The notes below the pieces were generated by a model that worked only from the letters and a program-made list of their open reading frames with translations, was not told the DNA's origin and did not search any database. The position numbers and the translations under genes were made by a program. Below, piece after piece: positions 1 through 10,942 of a stretch of DNA of 64,000 bases (positions are counted from its first letter, which is position 1; each line of letters opens with the position of its first letter). The stretch is from an uncultured SAR86 cluster bacterium (GTDB lineage: Bacteria > Pseudomonadota > Gammaproteobacteria > Magnimaribacterales > D2472). Location: the NCBI GenBank assembly GCA_902627055.1, contig CACOHS010000002.1, forward strand, positions 4,380 through 68,379. The letters run 5' to 3'.

Positions 1-617
1 TTGCTTATCCATCTCAGTTATCTGGCGATAAAGTATGGATAGCTGGTCTTTCTGATACAGGAATAACTCCTGAAGGTTTTAGTGGCGCTACTCCTCTTGG
101 ATATGCAGCTGAAGGCGGTCTCCAGGGGTTAAGTGAAAATTTTTCATGGTTTGATGCTTTTATGGGCAACATACCTGGCTCAGTTGGTGAAACATCTGTC
201 ATAGCTATTGCTATTGCTGCGATAATTTTGCTGGCAACTGGCGTGGCTTCCTATCGAATTATTTTAGGAACAATTATAGGTATGCTTGTTATGTCATCTA
301 TTCTAAATATTGTTGGGTCAGATACTAATCCAATGTTCCAAGTTCCATGGTATTGGCATTTTGTAATTGGTAGTTTTGCCTTTGGTCTTGTTTTTATGGC
401 CACAGAACCTGTTTCTGGCTCTGGAACGAATACAGGAAGATGGATCTACGGTGCATTAATTGGGGTTACAGTTGTTTTGATTAGAGTTATTAATCCAGCT
501 TTTCCTGAAGGAATGATGTTAGCTATATTGTTTGCAAATCTTTTTGCTCCTGTAATAGATCATATGGTTGTATCAAATAACATTGCTAAGCGTAAGAGGG
601 CTCTTTCATATGAATGA
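1..617 (+). CDS. nqrB: Na+-translocating NADH:quinone oxidoreductase subunit B, C-terminal part (5' end lies outside the window)
   Basis: Frame 3 is open from base 3. It translates [34 protein letters not shown]..., which carries the SGAT flavin-attachment motif, and runs into listed ORF 162..617. nqrCDEF follow directly. Confidence 0.9.
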   Translation, partial: AYPSQLSGDKVWIAGLSDTGITPEGFSGATPLGYAAEGGLQGLSENFSWFDAFMGNIPGSVGETSVIAIAIAAIILLATGVASYRIILGTIIGMLVMSSILNIVGSDTNPMFQVPWYWHFVIGSFAFGLVFMATEPVSGSGTNTGRWIYGALIGVTVVLIRVINPAFPEGMMLAILFANLFAPVIDHMVVSNNIAKRKRALSYE

Positions 618-1383
618 TTCTGTGATAAAAACTCTCGCCGTCTCATTTCTTGTATGTCTTTTTTGCTCATTAGTAGTTTCATATGCAGCTGTCAGTTTAA
701 GAGATATGCAAAATTTAAATAAATTAAATGATCAAAGAATAAAGATTCTCAAGACTGCTGCAATTTATAGTCCAGATGAATCAATTGAGTCACAGTTTGC
801 AAGGCTTACTCCTAAATTTGTTAACTTTAGTACTGGCGATTTGTTAGATGAATATGGAGATTATGATATTAATACATATGATCCAGTTTATTTTTCAAAA
901 CAACCTGAACATTCTTCTCCAATCCCTGCATCTGAAGACATAGCGATAGTAAAAAACAAAGAAAATATTGGAAAGATTTATCTACTTATTGATTCATCAC
1001 AAAATCTTGAAAAGGTCATATTACCCATAAGAGGCTATGGATTATGGGGTACATTATTTGGATATATTGCAATAGATAAAGATCTTAATACCATCAGAGG
1101 ACTCGAATTTTATGCTCATAAAGAAACTCCTGGATTAGGTGCAGAAGTTGATAATCCTAAATGGAAATCCTTGTGGGATGGAAAATCAATATATAAAGAT
1201 GGTGAGGTTGAGATTGAAGTTATAAAAGGAAAAGTTGACCCATCCAATCAGATGGCATCCTATCAAGTCGATGGCTTATCCGGTGCGACATTAACAAGCA
1301 GAGGTGTCACCAATATGTTGTTATTTTGGTTCGGCAAAAGCGGTTATAAAGAGACGCTAAAGAATATAAATTATGACAGTTAA
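610..1383 (+). CDS. nqrC: Na+-NQR subunit C
   Basis: The N-terminus [13 protein letters not shown]...AAVSLRD matches NqrC, and the [17 protein letters not shown]-attachment motif is present. I prefer the ATG at 610 (ATGAATGA overlap with the nqrB stop) over the listed 568. Confidence 0.9.
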   Translation: MNDSVIKTLAVSFLVCLFCSLVVSYAAVSLRDMQNLNKLNDQRIKILKTAAIYSPDESIESQFARLTPKFVNFSTGDLLDEYGDYDINTYDPVYFSKQPEHSSPIPASEDIAIVKNKENIGKIYLLIDSSQNLEKVILPIRGYGLWGTLFGYIAIDKDLNTIRGLEFYAHKETPGLGAEVDNPKWKSLWDGKSIYKDGEVEIEVIKGKVDPSNQMASYQVDGLSGATLTSRGVTNMLLFWFGKSGYKETLKNINYDS

Positions 1384-2059
1384 GCAATACAAACAAATTC
1401 TTTCAAAACCCTTACTTGAAGAAAATCCAATTACACTTCAAATTCTTGGAATATGTTCTGCACTCGCAGTTACTAGTAACCTCTCAGTAACTTTGGTTAT
1501 GTGCGTTGCTCTTACTAGCGTTGTCTCATTTTCTAATCTTTTTATTTCTATTATTCGTAACTATATTCCCAGCAGCGTAAGAATTATTGTCCAAATGACG
1601 ATTATTGCGTCCTTAGTGATTGTCGTAGACGAGCTTCTAAAAGCATATGATTATGAGACAAGTAAAAAACTCTCAGTTTTTGTTGGTTTAATAATTACAA
1701 ATTGTATTGTAATGGGTAGGGCAGAAGCTTTTGCAATGAAAGAAAAACCTTTTGTGAGTTTTCTTGATGGTCTGGGTAATGGTTTGGGCTATAGCATAAT
1801 TTTAATTGCTGTAGCTGTTGTCAGAGAGCTATTTGGTGCTGGAACTTTGATGGGATATGAGATTTTACCTTTAGTTTCGAATGGTGGTTGGTACCCAGCA
1901 AATAATCTTTTATTACTTCCACCTAGTTCATTCATTTTGATTGGATTAATGATATGGGGAATAAGAGCTTATAAAAAAGATCAAATTGAACCAAATGAGT
2001 ACAAACTATCTTCACATGCGACAGCACCAGATTTAACTAAAAGAGAATTAAATGTTTGA
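1373..2059 (+). CDS. nqrD: Na+-NQR subunit D
   Basis: [17 protein letters not shown] and [20 protein letters not shown] are typical NqrD/RnfE blocks. The gene sits in the expected operon position. Confidence 0.93.
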   Translation: MTVKQYKQILSKPLLEENPITLQILGICSALAVTSNLSVTLVMCVALTSVVSFSNLFISIIRNYIPSSVRIIVQMTIIASLVIVVDELLKAYDYETSKKLSVFVGLIITNCIVMGRAEAFAMKEKPFVSFLDGLGNGLGYSIILIAVAVVRELFGAGTLMGYEILPLVSNGGWYPANNLLLLPPSSFILIGLMIWGIRAYKKDQIEPNEYKLSSHATAPDLTKRELNV

Positions 2060-2663
2060 ACACTATCTAAGCATTTTTATAACCACTGTTTTTATAGAGA
2101 ATATTGCTTTGTCTGTTTTTCTAGGAATGTGTACATTTATAGCAATATCAAAGAAAATTGATGCTGCATTTGGCCTCGGAATTGCTGTTATTGTTGTATG
2201 TCTAATTACAGTTCCTCTTAATAACTTAATTTATAATTCAATACTTAAAGAAGGTGCCCTTGCTTGGGCTGGATTACCAGAAGCAAATTTAGAATTTGTT
2301 GGCTTAATTAGTTATATAGGAGTAATTGCTGCAGCTGTTCAGATATTAGAAATGTTTTTAGATAAATTTGTACCTGCTTTATATAATGCGTTGGGAGTCT
2401 TCTTGCCCTTAATCACTGTAAATTGTGCAATTTTAGGAGCATCATTATTCATGATAGAAAAAGATCTTAAGTTTGGTGAGAGTGTTGTCTATGGATTGGG
2501 TGCTGGTGTTGGCTGGGCAATGGCTATAGTGGTCTTAGCTGGTATAAGGGAGAAATTAAAATATTCAGATATTCCTGACGGCCTTCAGGGTTTAGGAGTT
2601 ACATTTTTAATCGTTGGTTTAATGAGTTTTGGTTTTATGTCTTTTGGTGGTATTTCACTTTAA
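2052..2663 (+). CDS. nqrE: Na+-NQR subunit E
   Basis: Polytopic membrane protein with the [13 protein letters not shown] NqrE/RnfA block. It overlaps nqrD by 8 nt. Confidence 0.93.
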   Translation: MFEHYLSIFITTVFIENIALSVFLGMCTFIAISKKIDAAFGLGIAVIVVCLITVPLNNLIYNSILKEGALAWAGLPEANLEFVGLISYIGVIAAAVQILEMFLDKFVPALYNALGVFLPLITVNCAILGASLFMIEKDLKFGESVVYGLGAGVGWAMAIVVLAGIREKLKYSDIPDGLQGLGVTFLIVGLMSFGFMSFGGISL

Positions 2664-2692
2664 AAATTTAGATAAGTAACAATATATAAGAT

Positions 2693-3925
2693 ATGCAAAT
2701 TGATTTATTTTTAGGTGTTCTTTCTTTTACAGGCGTGGTTCTCCTCTTAGTTGGAATTATAATTGCTGCACGCAGTCAATTAGTTAGCTCTGGTGATGTC
2801 TCGATTGAAATTAATGGAGATTCATCGAATCCGATCGTTGTTCCATCGGGTAACAAATTATTACAAACACTTGCTGAAAATAAGATTTTTTTATCCTCAG
2901 CATGCGGTGGAGGCGGCACATGCAGTCAATGTAAATGTCAAATTTCTGAAGGTGGCGGGTCCATACTCCCAACTGAAGAATCTCACTTTAATTCAAAAGA
3001 AAAAAAGGATGGTTGGAGGTTATCTTGCCAAGTAGCAGTGAAAAATGATTTAAAAATTACCATTCCTGAAGAAGTTTTTGGCGTTAAAGAATGGGAGTGT
3101 GAAGTAATTTCAAATGAAAATGTTGCTACATTTATAAAGGAGCTGGTACTTAAACTTCCAGAAGGTGAAGAAGTTAATTTCAAGGCAGGTGGATACGTCC
3201 AACTCGAAGCTCCCGCATATAATAATCTTGATTATAAATCCTTTGATGTTGCTGATGAATACAGGGAAGATTGGGATAAATTTAAAATTTGGGATAACGT
3301 AGCAAATAATTCTGAACCAATCATAAGAGCCTATTCAATGGCTAATTATCCAGATGAGAAGGGTGTATTGAAGTTTAATATTAGGGTTGCAAGTCCGCCA
3401 CCTGGCTCTTCAGATATTCCCCCTGGGTTAATGTCATCTTGGGTATTTAATTTAAAGCAAGGTGATAAAGTGAGAGTTTTTGGTCCTTTTGGAGAATTTT
3501 TTGCCAAAAAAACTGAGGCTGAAATGGTATTTATTGGTGGTGGTGCAGGCATGGCTCCAATGCGAGCCCATATATTTGATCAACTTTTAAGAATTAATAG
3601 CGAAAGGAAAATTTCTTTTTGGTATGGTGCTAGAAGTCTAAAAGAAATGTTTTATGTTAATGATTTCAATAAACTAGCAGAAGAGAATGATAACTTTGAT
3701 TGGCACGTTGCTCTTTCTGATCCACAACCAGAGGATAATTGGGATGGCCTAACGGGATTTATACATCAAGTTATTTATGATAATTATTTAAAATCTCATA
3801 AAGCTCCTGAAGATTGTGAATTCTATATGTGTGGTCCACCAATGATGAATAAGGCTTGTATTGATATGCTTATTAATCTTGGCGTTGAGCCAGAAAATAT
3901 AATGCTTGATGACTTTGGTGGTTAG
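2693..3925 (+). CDS. nqrF: Na+-NQR subunit F
   Basis: N-terminal TM helix, 2Fe-2S motif [15 protein letters not shown] motif RAYSMAN and NAD-binding motif GGGAGMAPM. Confidence 0.95.
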   Translation: MQIDLFLGVLSFTGVVLLLVGIIIAARSQLVSSGDVSIEINGDSSNPIVVPSGNKLLQTLAENKIFLSSACGGGGTCSQCKCQISEGGGSILPTEESHFNSKEKKDGWRLSCQVAVKNDLKITIPEEVFGVKEWECEVISNENVATFIKELVLKLPEGEEVNFKAGGYVQLEAPAYNNLDYKSFDVADEYREDWDKFKIWDNVANNSEPIIRAYSMANYPDEKGVLKFNIRVASPPPGSSDIPPGLMSSWVFNLKQGDKVRVFGPFGEFFAKKTEAEMVFIGGGAGMAPMRAHIFDQLLRINSERKISFWYGARSLKEMFYVNDFNKLAEENDNFDWHVALSDPQPEDNWDGLTGFIHQVIYDNYLKSHKAPEDCEFYMCGPPMMNKACIDMLINLGVEPENIMLDDFGG

Positions 3926-3933
3926 AATATCAG

Positions 3934-4914
3934 TTGAATAGGCTAGTTTTATCTAAATTATTAGCCCTAGCTGTAGGTATAGCTTGCGTATTTTTTGCCT
4001 TCAAATATAACAAGAGTGCTCTCTATGAAACATCTGGTTCCATATATGGAACTTATTGGAAATTAGTTTCAACGGAATATATACCTGATCCTCTCATTCA
4101 ATCAATTAAACAAGAGCTTAATAGAATTGATTTTGTTGCTTCAAACTATAAACCATCCTCAGAGCTATCAATTATTAATGCAGCACCTATAAATACAGAA
4201 ATATTTATTTCTTCAGATATGTATACTATTTTAAAATTTGCCGAGGATCTTCATCAATTATCAAATGGATATTACGATGTGACTATTGGATCATTAATTA
4301 TTAAAGAGGGATTTGGACCTGAATCTTCAATGGTAGACAACGCTCTCCCAGTTTCAAAAAAAAGATTTAATTTTTTAAACAATAATTCCATTTCTAAAAA
4401 TGATAATTTTCAGTTTGATTTATCATCAATTGCTAAAGGCTACGCATTGGATTCAATTTCGAATCTTCTGATGAAAGCAAATAGAAATAATTACTTAATT
4501 GATATTGGCGGAGAAATAATAGTAAATGGATCAAAATACGGTGAACCATGGACTGTAGGTATCCAAAGTCCATCTACTATGAATAATCAATCAGATACGC
4601 AAATTCGAAGTAACAAATTTTTAGCAATAGCTACCTCAGGAGAGTACAGAAACTTTAAATTAAATGATAATGGTATTGTTACTAGCCACACATTTATTCC
4701 AGAAATTCAAAAATCACTAATCGATAAATCCTACTCTGTTACAGTTGTATCAGAAAAATCATCAATGTCTGCTGATGCATGGGCTACAGCACTTAATGCT
4801 CTTGGGCCTATTAAAGGTATTAAAGTTGCAAATGAGCATAACATTCCAGTTATGTATATAATGCAAAAAAATAATATGATGATTAAATCAAATTATTGGA
4901 ATTATAATGATTGA
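3934..4914 (+). CDS. apbE: FAD:protein FMN transferase (flavin transferase for NqrB/NqrC)
   Basis: ApbE-like length with DLSSIAKGYALD and IDIGGE blocks. TTG start at 3934. It holds the conserved position immediately after nqrF. Confidence 0.85.
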   Translation: MNRLVLSKLLALAVGIACVFFAFKYNKSALYETSGSIYGTYWKLVSTEYIPDPLIQSIKQELNRIDFVASNYKPSSELSIINAAPINTEIFISSDMYTILKFAEDLHQLSNGYYDVTIGSLIIKEGFGPESSMVDNALPVSKKRFNFLNNNSISKNDNFQFDLSSIAKGYALDSISNLLMKANRNNYLIDIGGEIIVNGSKYGEPWTVGIQSPSTMNNQSDTQIRSNKFLAIATSGEYRNFKLNDNGIVTSHTFIPEIQKSLIDKSYSVTVVSEKSSMSADAWATALNALGPIKGIKVANEHNIPVMYIMQKNNMMIKSNYWNYND

Positions 4915-5083
4915 ATTTTTATCAGTGTTTCTGCTTATAGCTATATCATTTGCTGCTATTTCAGTTGGAGTCATTTTAAAAAATAAACCAATTCAGGGTA
5001 GTTGTGGCGGAATGGCAAATTTGGAGGATGGTGCGTCCTGTCAAATATGCGGACGCACCAACACAGGGGGATGTGAGAACTAA
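4907..5083 (+). CDS. nqrM: Na+-NQR maturation protein NqrM (DUF539), 58 aa; absent from the ORF track, which lists nothing shorter than 60 aa
   Basis: My own translation from ATG 4907 is MIEFLSVFLLIAISFAAISVGVILKNKPIQGSCGGMANLEDGASCQICGRTNTGGCEN*. It has one TM helix followed by a Cys-rich tail (GSCGG...C..C....C). ATGATTGA overlap with the apbE stop. This is the canonical post-apbE position. Confidence 0.8.
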   Translation: MIEFLSVFLLIAISFAAISVGVILKNKPIQGSCGGMANLEDGASCQICGRTNTGGCEN

Positions 5084-6670
5084 TTAGAATTGATTCATCG
5101 TATTATCTTTTCCAGATGCTTTAAGCGCAGCCTCACCAGCAAAGTATTCTTTATGATCGTCACCCATATCTGAACCGGCCATATTTTGATGTTTCACGCA
5201 TGCAATTCCTTGACGGATTTCTTTTCTTTGGACGCCTTTAACGTACCCAAGCATACCCATTTCACCAAAATATTTTTTAGCAAGATTGTCTGTTGATAAA
5301 GCTGCAGTATGGTATGTTGGCAGCGTAATTAAATGATGGAAAATTCCAGCTTCTCTAGCCGCATCGGCTTGAAAAGTTCTTATTTTTTCATCAGCTCGCA
5401 TAGCAAGTTCAGTGTCGTCATATTCTTCGTTCATCAAATTTTCTCTAGTATATTCAGATACATCTTCACCATCTTTGGACATGGCATCAAATACTTGTTG
5501 TCTAAAGTTAAGCGTCCAATTGAATGAAGGGCTGTTGTTGTAAACGAGTTTTGCATTTGGAATTACTTTTTTAATTTCATCCATCATAGCTCCAATTTGA
5601 CCAATATGAGGCTTTTCAGTTTCAATCCAAATTAAATCTGCACCGTTTTGTAAACTAGTAATGGAATCGAGTATACAGCGTGCTTCGCCTGTTCCTTCTT
5701 TAAAACGATATAAGTTACTTGGAAGTCGTTTCGGTCGAACAACCTTTCCATTTTGATTAATTAAAACATCTCCATGATTTAACTGAGAGGGTTCAAGCTC
5801 TTCAACATCTAAAAATGAATTATATTGATCTCCTAAATCACCGACTTCATGTGTTATAGCTATTTGTTTAGTCAATCCAGCGCCTAATGAATCAGTTCTT
5901 GCTACTATAACTCCGTCATCTACACCAAGCTCTAAAAAAGCGTATCTTACTGCATTAATTTTTGCGAGAAAGTCTGCATGTGGGACAGTTACTTTTCCAT
6001 CTTGGTGACCACACTGCTTTTCGTCTGAAACTTGATTTTCAATTTGAATGCAACATGCTCCTGCCTCAATCATTTGCTTTGCCATTAAATATGTTGCTTC
6101 TTCGTTACCGAATCCCGCATCAATATCAGCAATAATTGGAACAATATGTGTTTCAAAATCATCTATTTTCTTTTGAATTAATGGTTTTTCCTTATTACTA
6201 GCCTCATCTAGTTGTCTAAATAACCCTCCAAGCTCCCTTGCATCAGCTTGTCTTAAGAATGTATAAAGCTCTTTTATAAGAGCTGCAACTGAGGTTTTTT
6301 CATGCATAGATTGATCTGGAAGGGGCCCAAATTCAGATCGTAATGCAGCAACCATCCAACCTGAAAGATATAGATATTTCTTATCAGTCGTACCAAAATG
6401 TTTTTTAATCGAAATTAATTTTTGTTGGCCAATAAAACCATGCCAGCATCCTAATGATTGAGTGTAAGCTGATGGATCTTTATCGTATTCATCCATATCC
6501 TTTCTCATCAATGATGCTGTATATTTAGCAATGTCAATTCCTGATTTAAACTGATTTTGCAGTCTCATCCTTGCTGCGTACTCTGGATTTATAGGATCCC
6601 AGTTAGATTCGGAAAATTTTGGAATCTTATTTAACTTTTCTAATTCGGATGTAAAGTTTGTTTTTGACAT
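5084..6670 (-). CDS. aceA: isocitrate lyase (long, about 530 aa form)
   Basis: The ICL signature is present as EKQCGHQDGK, and the protein is ICL-like along its whole length. A strong GGGGGAG Shine-Dalgarno lies upstream of the ATG. Confidence 0.93.
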   Translation of the reverse strand: MSKTNFTSELEKLNKIPKFSESNWDPINPEYAARMRLQNQFKSGIDIAKYTASLMRKDMDEYDKDPSAYTQSLGCWHGFIGQQKLISIKKHFGTTDKKYLYLSGWMVAALRSEFGPLPDQSMHEKTSVAALIKELYTFLRQADARELGGLFRQLDEASNKEKPLIQKKIDDFETHIVPIIADIDAGFGNEEATYLMAKQMIEAGACCIQIENQVSDEKQCGHQDGKVTVPHADFLAKINAVRYAFLELGVDDGVIVARTDSLGAGLTKQIAITHEVGDLGDQYNSFLDVEELEPSQLNHGDVLINQNGKVVRPKRLPSNLYRFKEGTGEARCILDSITSLQNGADLIWIETEKPHIGQIGAMMDEIKKVIPNAKLVYNNSPSFNWTLNFRQQVFDAMSKDGEDVSEYTRENLMNEEYDDTELAMRADEKIRTFQADAAREAGIFHHLITLPTYHTAALSTDNLAKKYFGEMGMLGYVKGVQRKEIRQGIACVKHQNMAGSDMGDDHKEYFAGEAALKASGKDNTMNQF

Positions 6671-6793
6671 TTTTAATCTCCCCCAAAGATGTAGTGAATT
6701 AAAATTTATTAATCAATAATTGTCAATAATCAAAATAAATACCTTCAAAACAGTGTTTGAACAATTAAAATTTTGTAGTAATACTACTAAAAA

Positions 6794-8146
6794 TTAATTT
6801 TTTGCCAATTTTGAAGCTATACCAGAGTAAGTATGAGGAGTAAGTTTTTTTAATTTACTTTTTGATTCTTTAGAGATTTTTAAGGAATTAACTATATCTA
6901 AATAGGAATCTTCGTTGAGATTTTGACCACGAGTTATTCTTTTGATTTCTTCGTATGCATTTTCATAACCTTCTAATTTCATAACTATCTGAAGTGCCTC
7001 AGCAAGAATCTGCCAATTATTTGAAAGTTCTGAAAAAATCTTAATTTTATTAGGTTGAATTTTATCTAAACCTTGTATGCAGGAAACAATTCCAAGATAA
7101 CCATAACCAAAACCCATCCCAAGATTTCTTAAAACAGTTGAGTCAGATAAATCTCTTTGTAATCTAGATTTTGATAATTTTTCTGCAAAGAAGCCCATTA
7201 AAGAATTTGAGATTCCCATATTTCCTTCTGAATTTTCAAAATCAATTGGGTTCACTTTATGCGGCATAGTAGAAGATCCAACCTCACCATCCTTAAGTTT
7301 TAATTTAAAAATATCATTAGATATGTAAGCCCAAAGATCTTGATTCATATCAATTAAAATATTATTAATTCTTTGAATGCAGTGACAAACCTCAGCTATT
7401 CCATCATGTGGTTCAATTTGAGTAGTAATTGGATTTTGCTGGACTTTATATAGTGAAATAAACTTTTTAGTCTTAGATGGCCAATTAATATTCGAATCAG
7501 CTAAATGTAAAGTATGGTAGTTTCCTGTGGCTCCGCTAAACTTGGCTAAAGGTTTTATCTTTTTCAGTGTTTCTTTTTGTCGAATTAATCTTTGATGAAA
7601 TACTTTTATTTCTTTTCCAAGAGTTGATGGTGATGCGGCTTGTCCATGTGTTCTGGCGAGCATAGGTATTGATGACCATGAATTAGATTTTGAATTTAAT
7701 ATTTTAATGAGGGAGTCTAATTTTTTAATATATATATCTTTAGCATCTCTAAGTAACACTGCATATGTTAATGAATTAATATCTTCGCTAGTTAATGCGA
7801 AATGAACTAAATGTTCGTATTTTTTTAAATTAGAATATTTCTTAATTTCCTCCCTAATAAAATATTCAACAGCTTTAACATCATGATTAGTCTTAGATTC
7901 AATTTTTTTGATTCTTTTTGCAGATCTATCAGTAAAATTATTTTTGATAGATAAAAGATTTTTTTTTGCAGCTCTAGATAGCGGTTGAAAATTTTTACCG
8001 CATTGAGTGGTTAAAAAAATAATCCAATCAATCTCAATTTCAAATCGAGTTTTATTTAAATTGGATTCCGAAAAATTATTTGCCAATTTAACAATTTTTT
8101 GATTGTAACGATTGTCTAGTGGCGAGATTAGTTCATAACTTTTCAT
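6794..8146 (-). CDS. purB: adenylosuccinate lyase
   Basis: The N-terminus MKSYELISPLDNRY resembles the PurB start, and the fumarate-lyase signature GSSTMPHKVNP is present. I prefer the internal ATG at 8146 because the listed start 8203 would overlap mnmA. Confidence 0.9.
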   Translation of the reverse strand: MKSYELISPLDNRYNQKIVKLANNFSESNLNKTRFEIEIDWIIFLTTQCGKNFQPLSRAAKKNLLSIKNNFTDRSAKRIKKIESKTNHDVKAVEYFIREEIKKYSNLKKYEHLVHFALTSEDINSLTYAVLLRDAKDIYIKKLDSLIKILNSKSNSWSSIPMLARTHGQAASPSTLGKEIKVFHQRLIRQKETLKKIKPLAKFSGATGNYHTLHLADSNINWPSKTKKFISLYKVQQNPITTQIEPHDGIAEVCHCIQRINNILIDMNQDLWAYISNDIFKLKLKDGEVGSSTMPHKVNPIDFENSEGNMGISNSLMGFFAEKLSKSRLQRDLSDSTVLRNLGMGFGYGYLGIVSCIQGLDKIQPNKIKIFSELSNNWQILAEALQIVMKLEGYENAYEEIKRITRGQNLNEDSYLDIVNSLKISKESKSKLKKLTPHTYSGIASKLAKN

Positions 8147-8160
8147 TGTGTAAATTATAG

Positions 8161-9252
8161 CTAGTCTTTTAAGGCTTTTGCTATTATGCCCCCACCTAAA
8201 CATTCATTATTTTTATACAGCACAGCTGATTGTCCCGGAGCTATTGCTCTAATTTTTTCTGAAAATGATACTTTCACTCCATCATCTAAAAAGTGTGCTA
8301 TACATTCTATTGGCTTTCCTCTATGACGCACTTGTACCTGACAACTAAGTTTTTTTGGATTTTTTGTTGGATTAATCCACTTCATTTCTTCCATAATTAA
8401 TCCGCCACTCATTAATAGATTATTAAATTCTCCCTGGCATACATAAATTTCATTTAGTTCAATATTTTTATCGTAAACGTACCATGGCAACTCAGGTTTA
8501 TTTCTGACGCCACCAACATTTAAGCCTTGTCTTTGGCCTTGAGTATAAAGAATTGCTCCTGGGTGTTTGCCAATAATGTTTCCTTCAGAATCTTTTATAT
8601 CTCCTTTTTCAAACTTGATAAATCTTTTAAGAAAATCTTTTAGATTTCTTTCTCCAACAAAACAAATGCCAACAGAATCTTTTTTATCATGATTTATAAA
8701 ATTATTAATTTCAGCGATTTTTCTTACTTCACTCTTAGTCAATCCTTCTAGTGGAAATAAACATTTAGCAAAATCATTACCACTAACTTCATGAAGAAAA
8801 TATGTTTGATCTTTATTTAAATCTTTTGATCTCATTAAAAGAGTTTGATTATCTTTGCGTTCAAGTCTTGCATAGTGGCCAGTTGCTATATGATCAGCTC
8901 CGATTTTAATCGCATAATCTAAAAATGATTTGAACTTTATTTCTCTATTACACAAAATATCAGGATTTGGTGTTCTTCCTTTTTCATGTTCTGAAAGAAA
9001 TTCTTTAAATACTCTATCCCAATATTCATCACTAAAATTTGCTTTATGCAATGGAATATTTAATTGATCACAAACTTTAGATGCATCTTTAAAATCTAGC
9101 TCTGATGTACAAACTTCTCCCGGTTCATTTTGCCAATTTTGCATAAATAAACCCTGAACGTTATAACCTTCTTTTTGTAATAAATAAGCTGCAACAGACG
9201 AGTCAACTCCGCCTGACATACCAACAACAACTGTTTTATTTATATTTGTCAT
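8161..9252 (-). CDS. mnmA: tRNA 2-thiouridine(34) synthase
   Basis: PP-loop VVGMSGGVDSSVAA and the catalytic-Cys contexts NPDILCN and SVGICFVGER. Confidence 0.95.
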   Translation of the reverse strand: MTNINKTVVVGMSGGVDSSVAAYLLQKEGYNVQGLFMQNWQNEPGEVCTSELDFKDASKVCDQLNIPLHKANFSDEYWDRVFKEFLSEHEKGRTPNPDILCNREIKFKSFLDYAIKIGADHIATGHYARLERKDNQTLLMRSKDLNKDQTYFLHEVSGNDFAKCLFPLEGLTKSEVRKIAEINNFINHDKKDSVGICFVGERNLKDFLKRFIKFEKGDIKDSEGNIIGKHPGAILYTQGQRQGLNVGGVRNKPELPWYVYDKNIELNEIYVCQGEFNNLLMSGGLIMEEMKWINPTKNPKKLSCQVQVRHRGKPIECIAHFLDDGVKVSFSEKIRAIAPGQSAVLYKNNECLGGGIIAKALKD

Positions 9253-9341
9253 ATTTTATTTATAAACCTTAATTTAAGAGGTTTTTTTAGAGTATAATTC
9301 ATCCAAATTTTACAATATAAAATCGTTTTAAAGAGGATAAC

Positions 9342-10595
9342 ATGGCTTACAAACATATTAAGATCCCAAAAGAAGGCTCAAAAATTACATTAAAAGATGG
9401 ATCGCTTCAAGTCCCTGATAATCCAATTATTCCTTTTATAGAAGGTGATGGAATTGGAATTGATATTACGCCAGCTATGATTGATGTTGTAGATAATGCA
9501 GTTGAGACAGCATATAAAGGGGATAAGAAAATAGCATGGATGGAGGTTTTTTGTGGCGAAAAATCAACTCAGATATATGATGCAGATACATGGTTACCTG
9601 ATGAAACCATAGAAGCGTTAAAAGAGTATATCGTCAGCATCAAAGGGCCATTAACAACTCCTGTTGGAGGTGGAATCAGATCATTAAATGTCTCTTTGCG
9701 TCAGATTCTCGATCTTTATGTATGTTTAAGACCAATTAGATATTTTGCAGGAGTTCCAAGCCCAGTAAAAAATCCCTCTCATGTTGACATGGTAATTTTT
9801 AGGGAAAATTCTGAAGATATATATGCTGGTGTAGAGTTTGAAGCTGGCTCTAAAGAGTCAGATGCAATGGTAAAAGTTCTCCAAGAACAATTTAATGTTA
9901 CTCAAATTCGTTTTCCTTCTGAGGTTGGGCTTGGTGTAAAACCTATATCTAAGCAGGGGACTGAAAGACTTGTAAAACAAGCCCTTGATTATGCCATTAA
10001 AAATGATAGGTCGTCTGTAACACTTGTTCATAAAGGAAATATTATGAAGTTTACTGAAGGAGCATTTAGAGATTGGGGATATGAGTTAAGTATGAATTCA
10101 TATAATGGAGAACTCTTAGATGGTGGTCCATGGGTTACAGTTAAGAATCCGAATACTAATAAAAATATTATAGTCAAAGATGTAATTTGTGACGCTTTTC
10201 TTCAACAAATACTTACTCGGCCAAAAGAGTATGATGTTATAGCAACAATGAACTTGAATGGTGATTATGTCTCGGATGCACTCGCTGCCTGTGTTGGGGG
10301 TATTGGCATTGCCCCTGGAGCAAATATTGGAGATGATTCTGCATTATTTGAGGCAACGCATGGTACTGCGCCAAAATATGCTGGTCAGGATAAAGTTAAT
10401 CCAGGTTCCTTAATTTTGTCAGCTGAAATGATGCTAAGACATATGGGTTGGACTGAAGCAGCTGACCTTATTATTTCATCAATGGAAGCTGCAATTACAG
10501 ATAAAATGGTTACTTACGATTTTGAGAGACTAATGGATGGCGCAAATTTGGTTTCTTGTTCAGGCTTTGCAAAGGAAATGATCAAAAGAATGTGA
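9342..10595 (+). CDS. icd: NADP-dependent isocitrate dehydrogenase
   Basis: [13 protein letters not shown] (the region of the E. coli Ser113 phospho-site), [13 protein letters not shown], and a 417 aa E. coli-type length. Confidence 0.95.
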   Translation: MAYKHIKIPKEGSKITLKDGSLQVPDNPIIPFIEGDGIGIDITPAMIDVVDNAVETAYKGDKKIAWMEVFCGEKSTQIYDADTWLPDETIEALKEYIVSIKGPLTTPVGGGIRSLNVSLRQILDLYVCLRPIRYFAGVPSPVKNPSHVDMVIFRENSEDIYAGVEFEAGSKESDAMVKVLQEQFNVTQIRFPSEVGLGVKPISKQGTERLVKQALDYAIKNDRSSVTLVHKGNIMKFTEGAFRDWGYELSMNSYNGELLDGGPWVTVKNPNTNKNIIVKDVICDAFLQQILTRPKEYDVIATMNLNGDYVSDALAACVGGIGIAPGANIGDDSALFEATHGTAPKYAGQDKVNPGSLILSAEMMLRHMGWTEAADLIISSMEAAITDKMVTYDFERLMDGANLVSCSGFAKEMIKRM

Positions 10596-10603
10596 GGATT
10601 TAT

Positions 10604-10942
10604 ATGTCTTCAGAATCTTCTAACGGTTCCAATGGTGCAGGTGATTTAGGAACGCTTGTTTTAGAGGGCAGACCAGAATTAAAGGAACCTCCGTTGTATC
10701 AAGTTGTTCTTCTGAATGATGATTTTACTCCCATGGAATTTGTTGTATATATTCTCCAATCAATTTTTGGTTATGATCACGAAAGATCAACTCAAATAAT
10801 GCTTGCAGTTCATACAAAAGGAAAGGGAGTATGTGGTATATTTCCTAAAGAGATTGCCGAAATGAAATCTCATGAAATTAACGAAATGGCAAAAGCTCAT
10901 GAGCATCCTCTCATAAGTGAAATAGAGCCTTTAACAGATTAA
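10604..10942 (+). CDS. clpS: ATP-dependent Clp protease adaptor ClpS
   Basis: PPLYQVVLLNDDFTPMEFVV core. I prefer the ATG at 10604, which is preceded by GAGGA; the listed start 10556 would overlap icd. Confidence 0.9.
   Translation: MSSESSNGSNGAGDLGTLVLEGRPELKEPPLYQVVLLNDDFTPMEFVVYILQSIFGYDHERSTQIMLAVHTKGKGVCGIFPKEIAEMKSHEINEMAKAHEHPLISEIEPLTD

Noticed and set aside
2793-3552. Listed ORFs 2793..3035(+), 2983..3183(-) and 3346..3552(-) lie inside nqrF.
   Set aside because: They are alternative-frame or antisense shadows of a confidently identified gene. Their composition is low-complexity and they have no independent signals.
6775-6787. The palindrome GTAGTAATACTAC, flanked by A/T tracts, lies just after the purB stop.
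   Set aside because: It could be a weak bidirectional terminator, but the stem is only 4-6 AT-rich bp with a tiny loop. That is not convincing.
8147-8203. A 19-codon N-terminal extension of purB appears in the ORF track.
   Set aside because: The extension overlaps the mnmA 3' end. The internal Met gives an N-terminus (MKSYELISPLDNRY) collinear with known PurB proteins.
9264-9288. A terminator-like hairpin, AAACCT-N9-AGGTTT followed by Ts, lies between divergent mnmA and icd.
   Set aside because: The stem is only 6 bp with 2 GC pairs. It lies between two divergently transcribed genes, where a terminator makes no sense. It is most likely chance or part of the promoter DNA.
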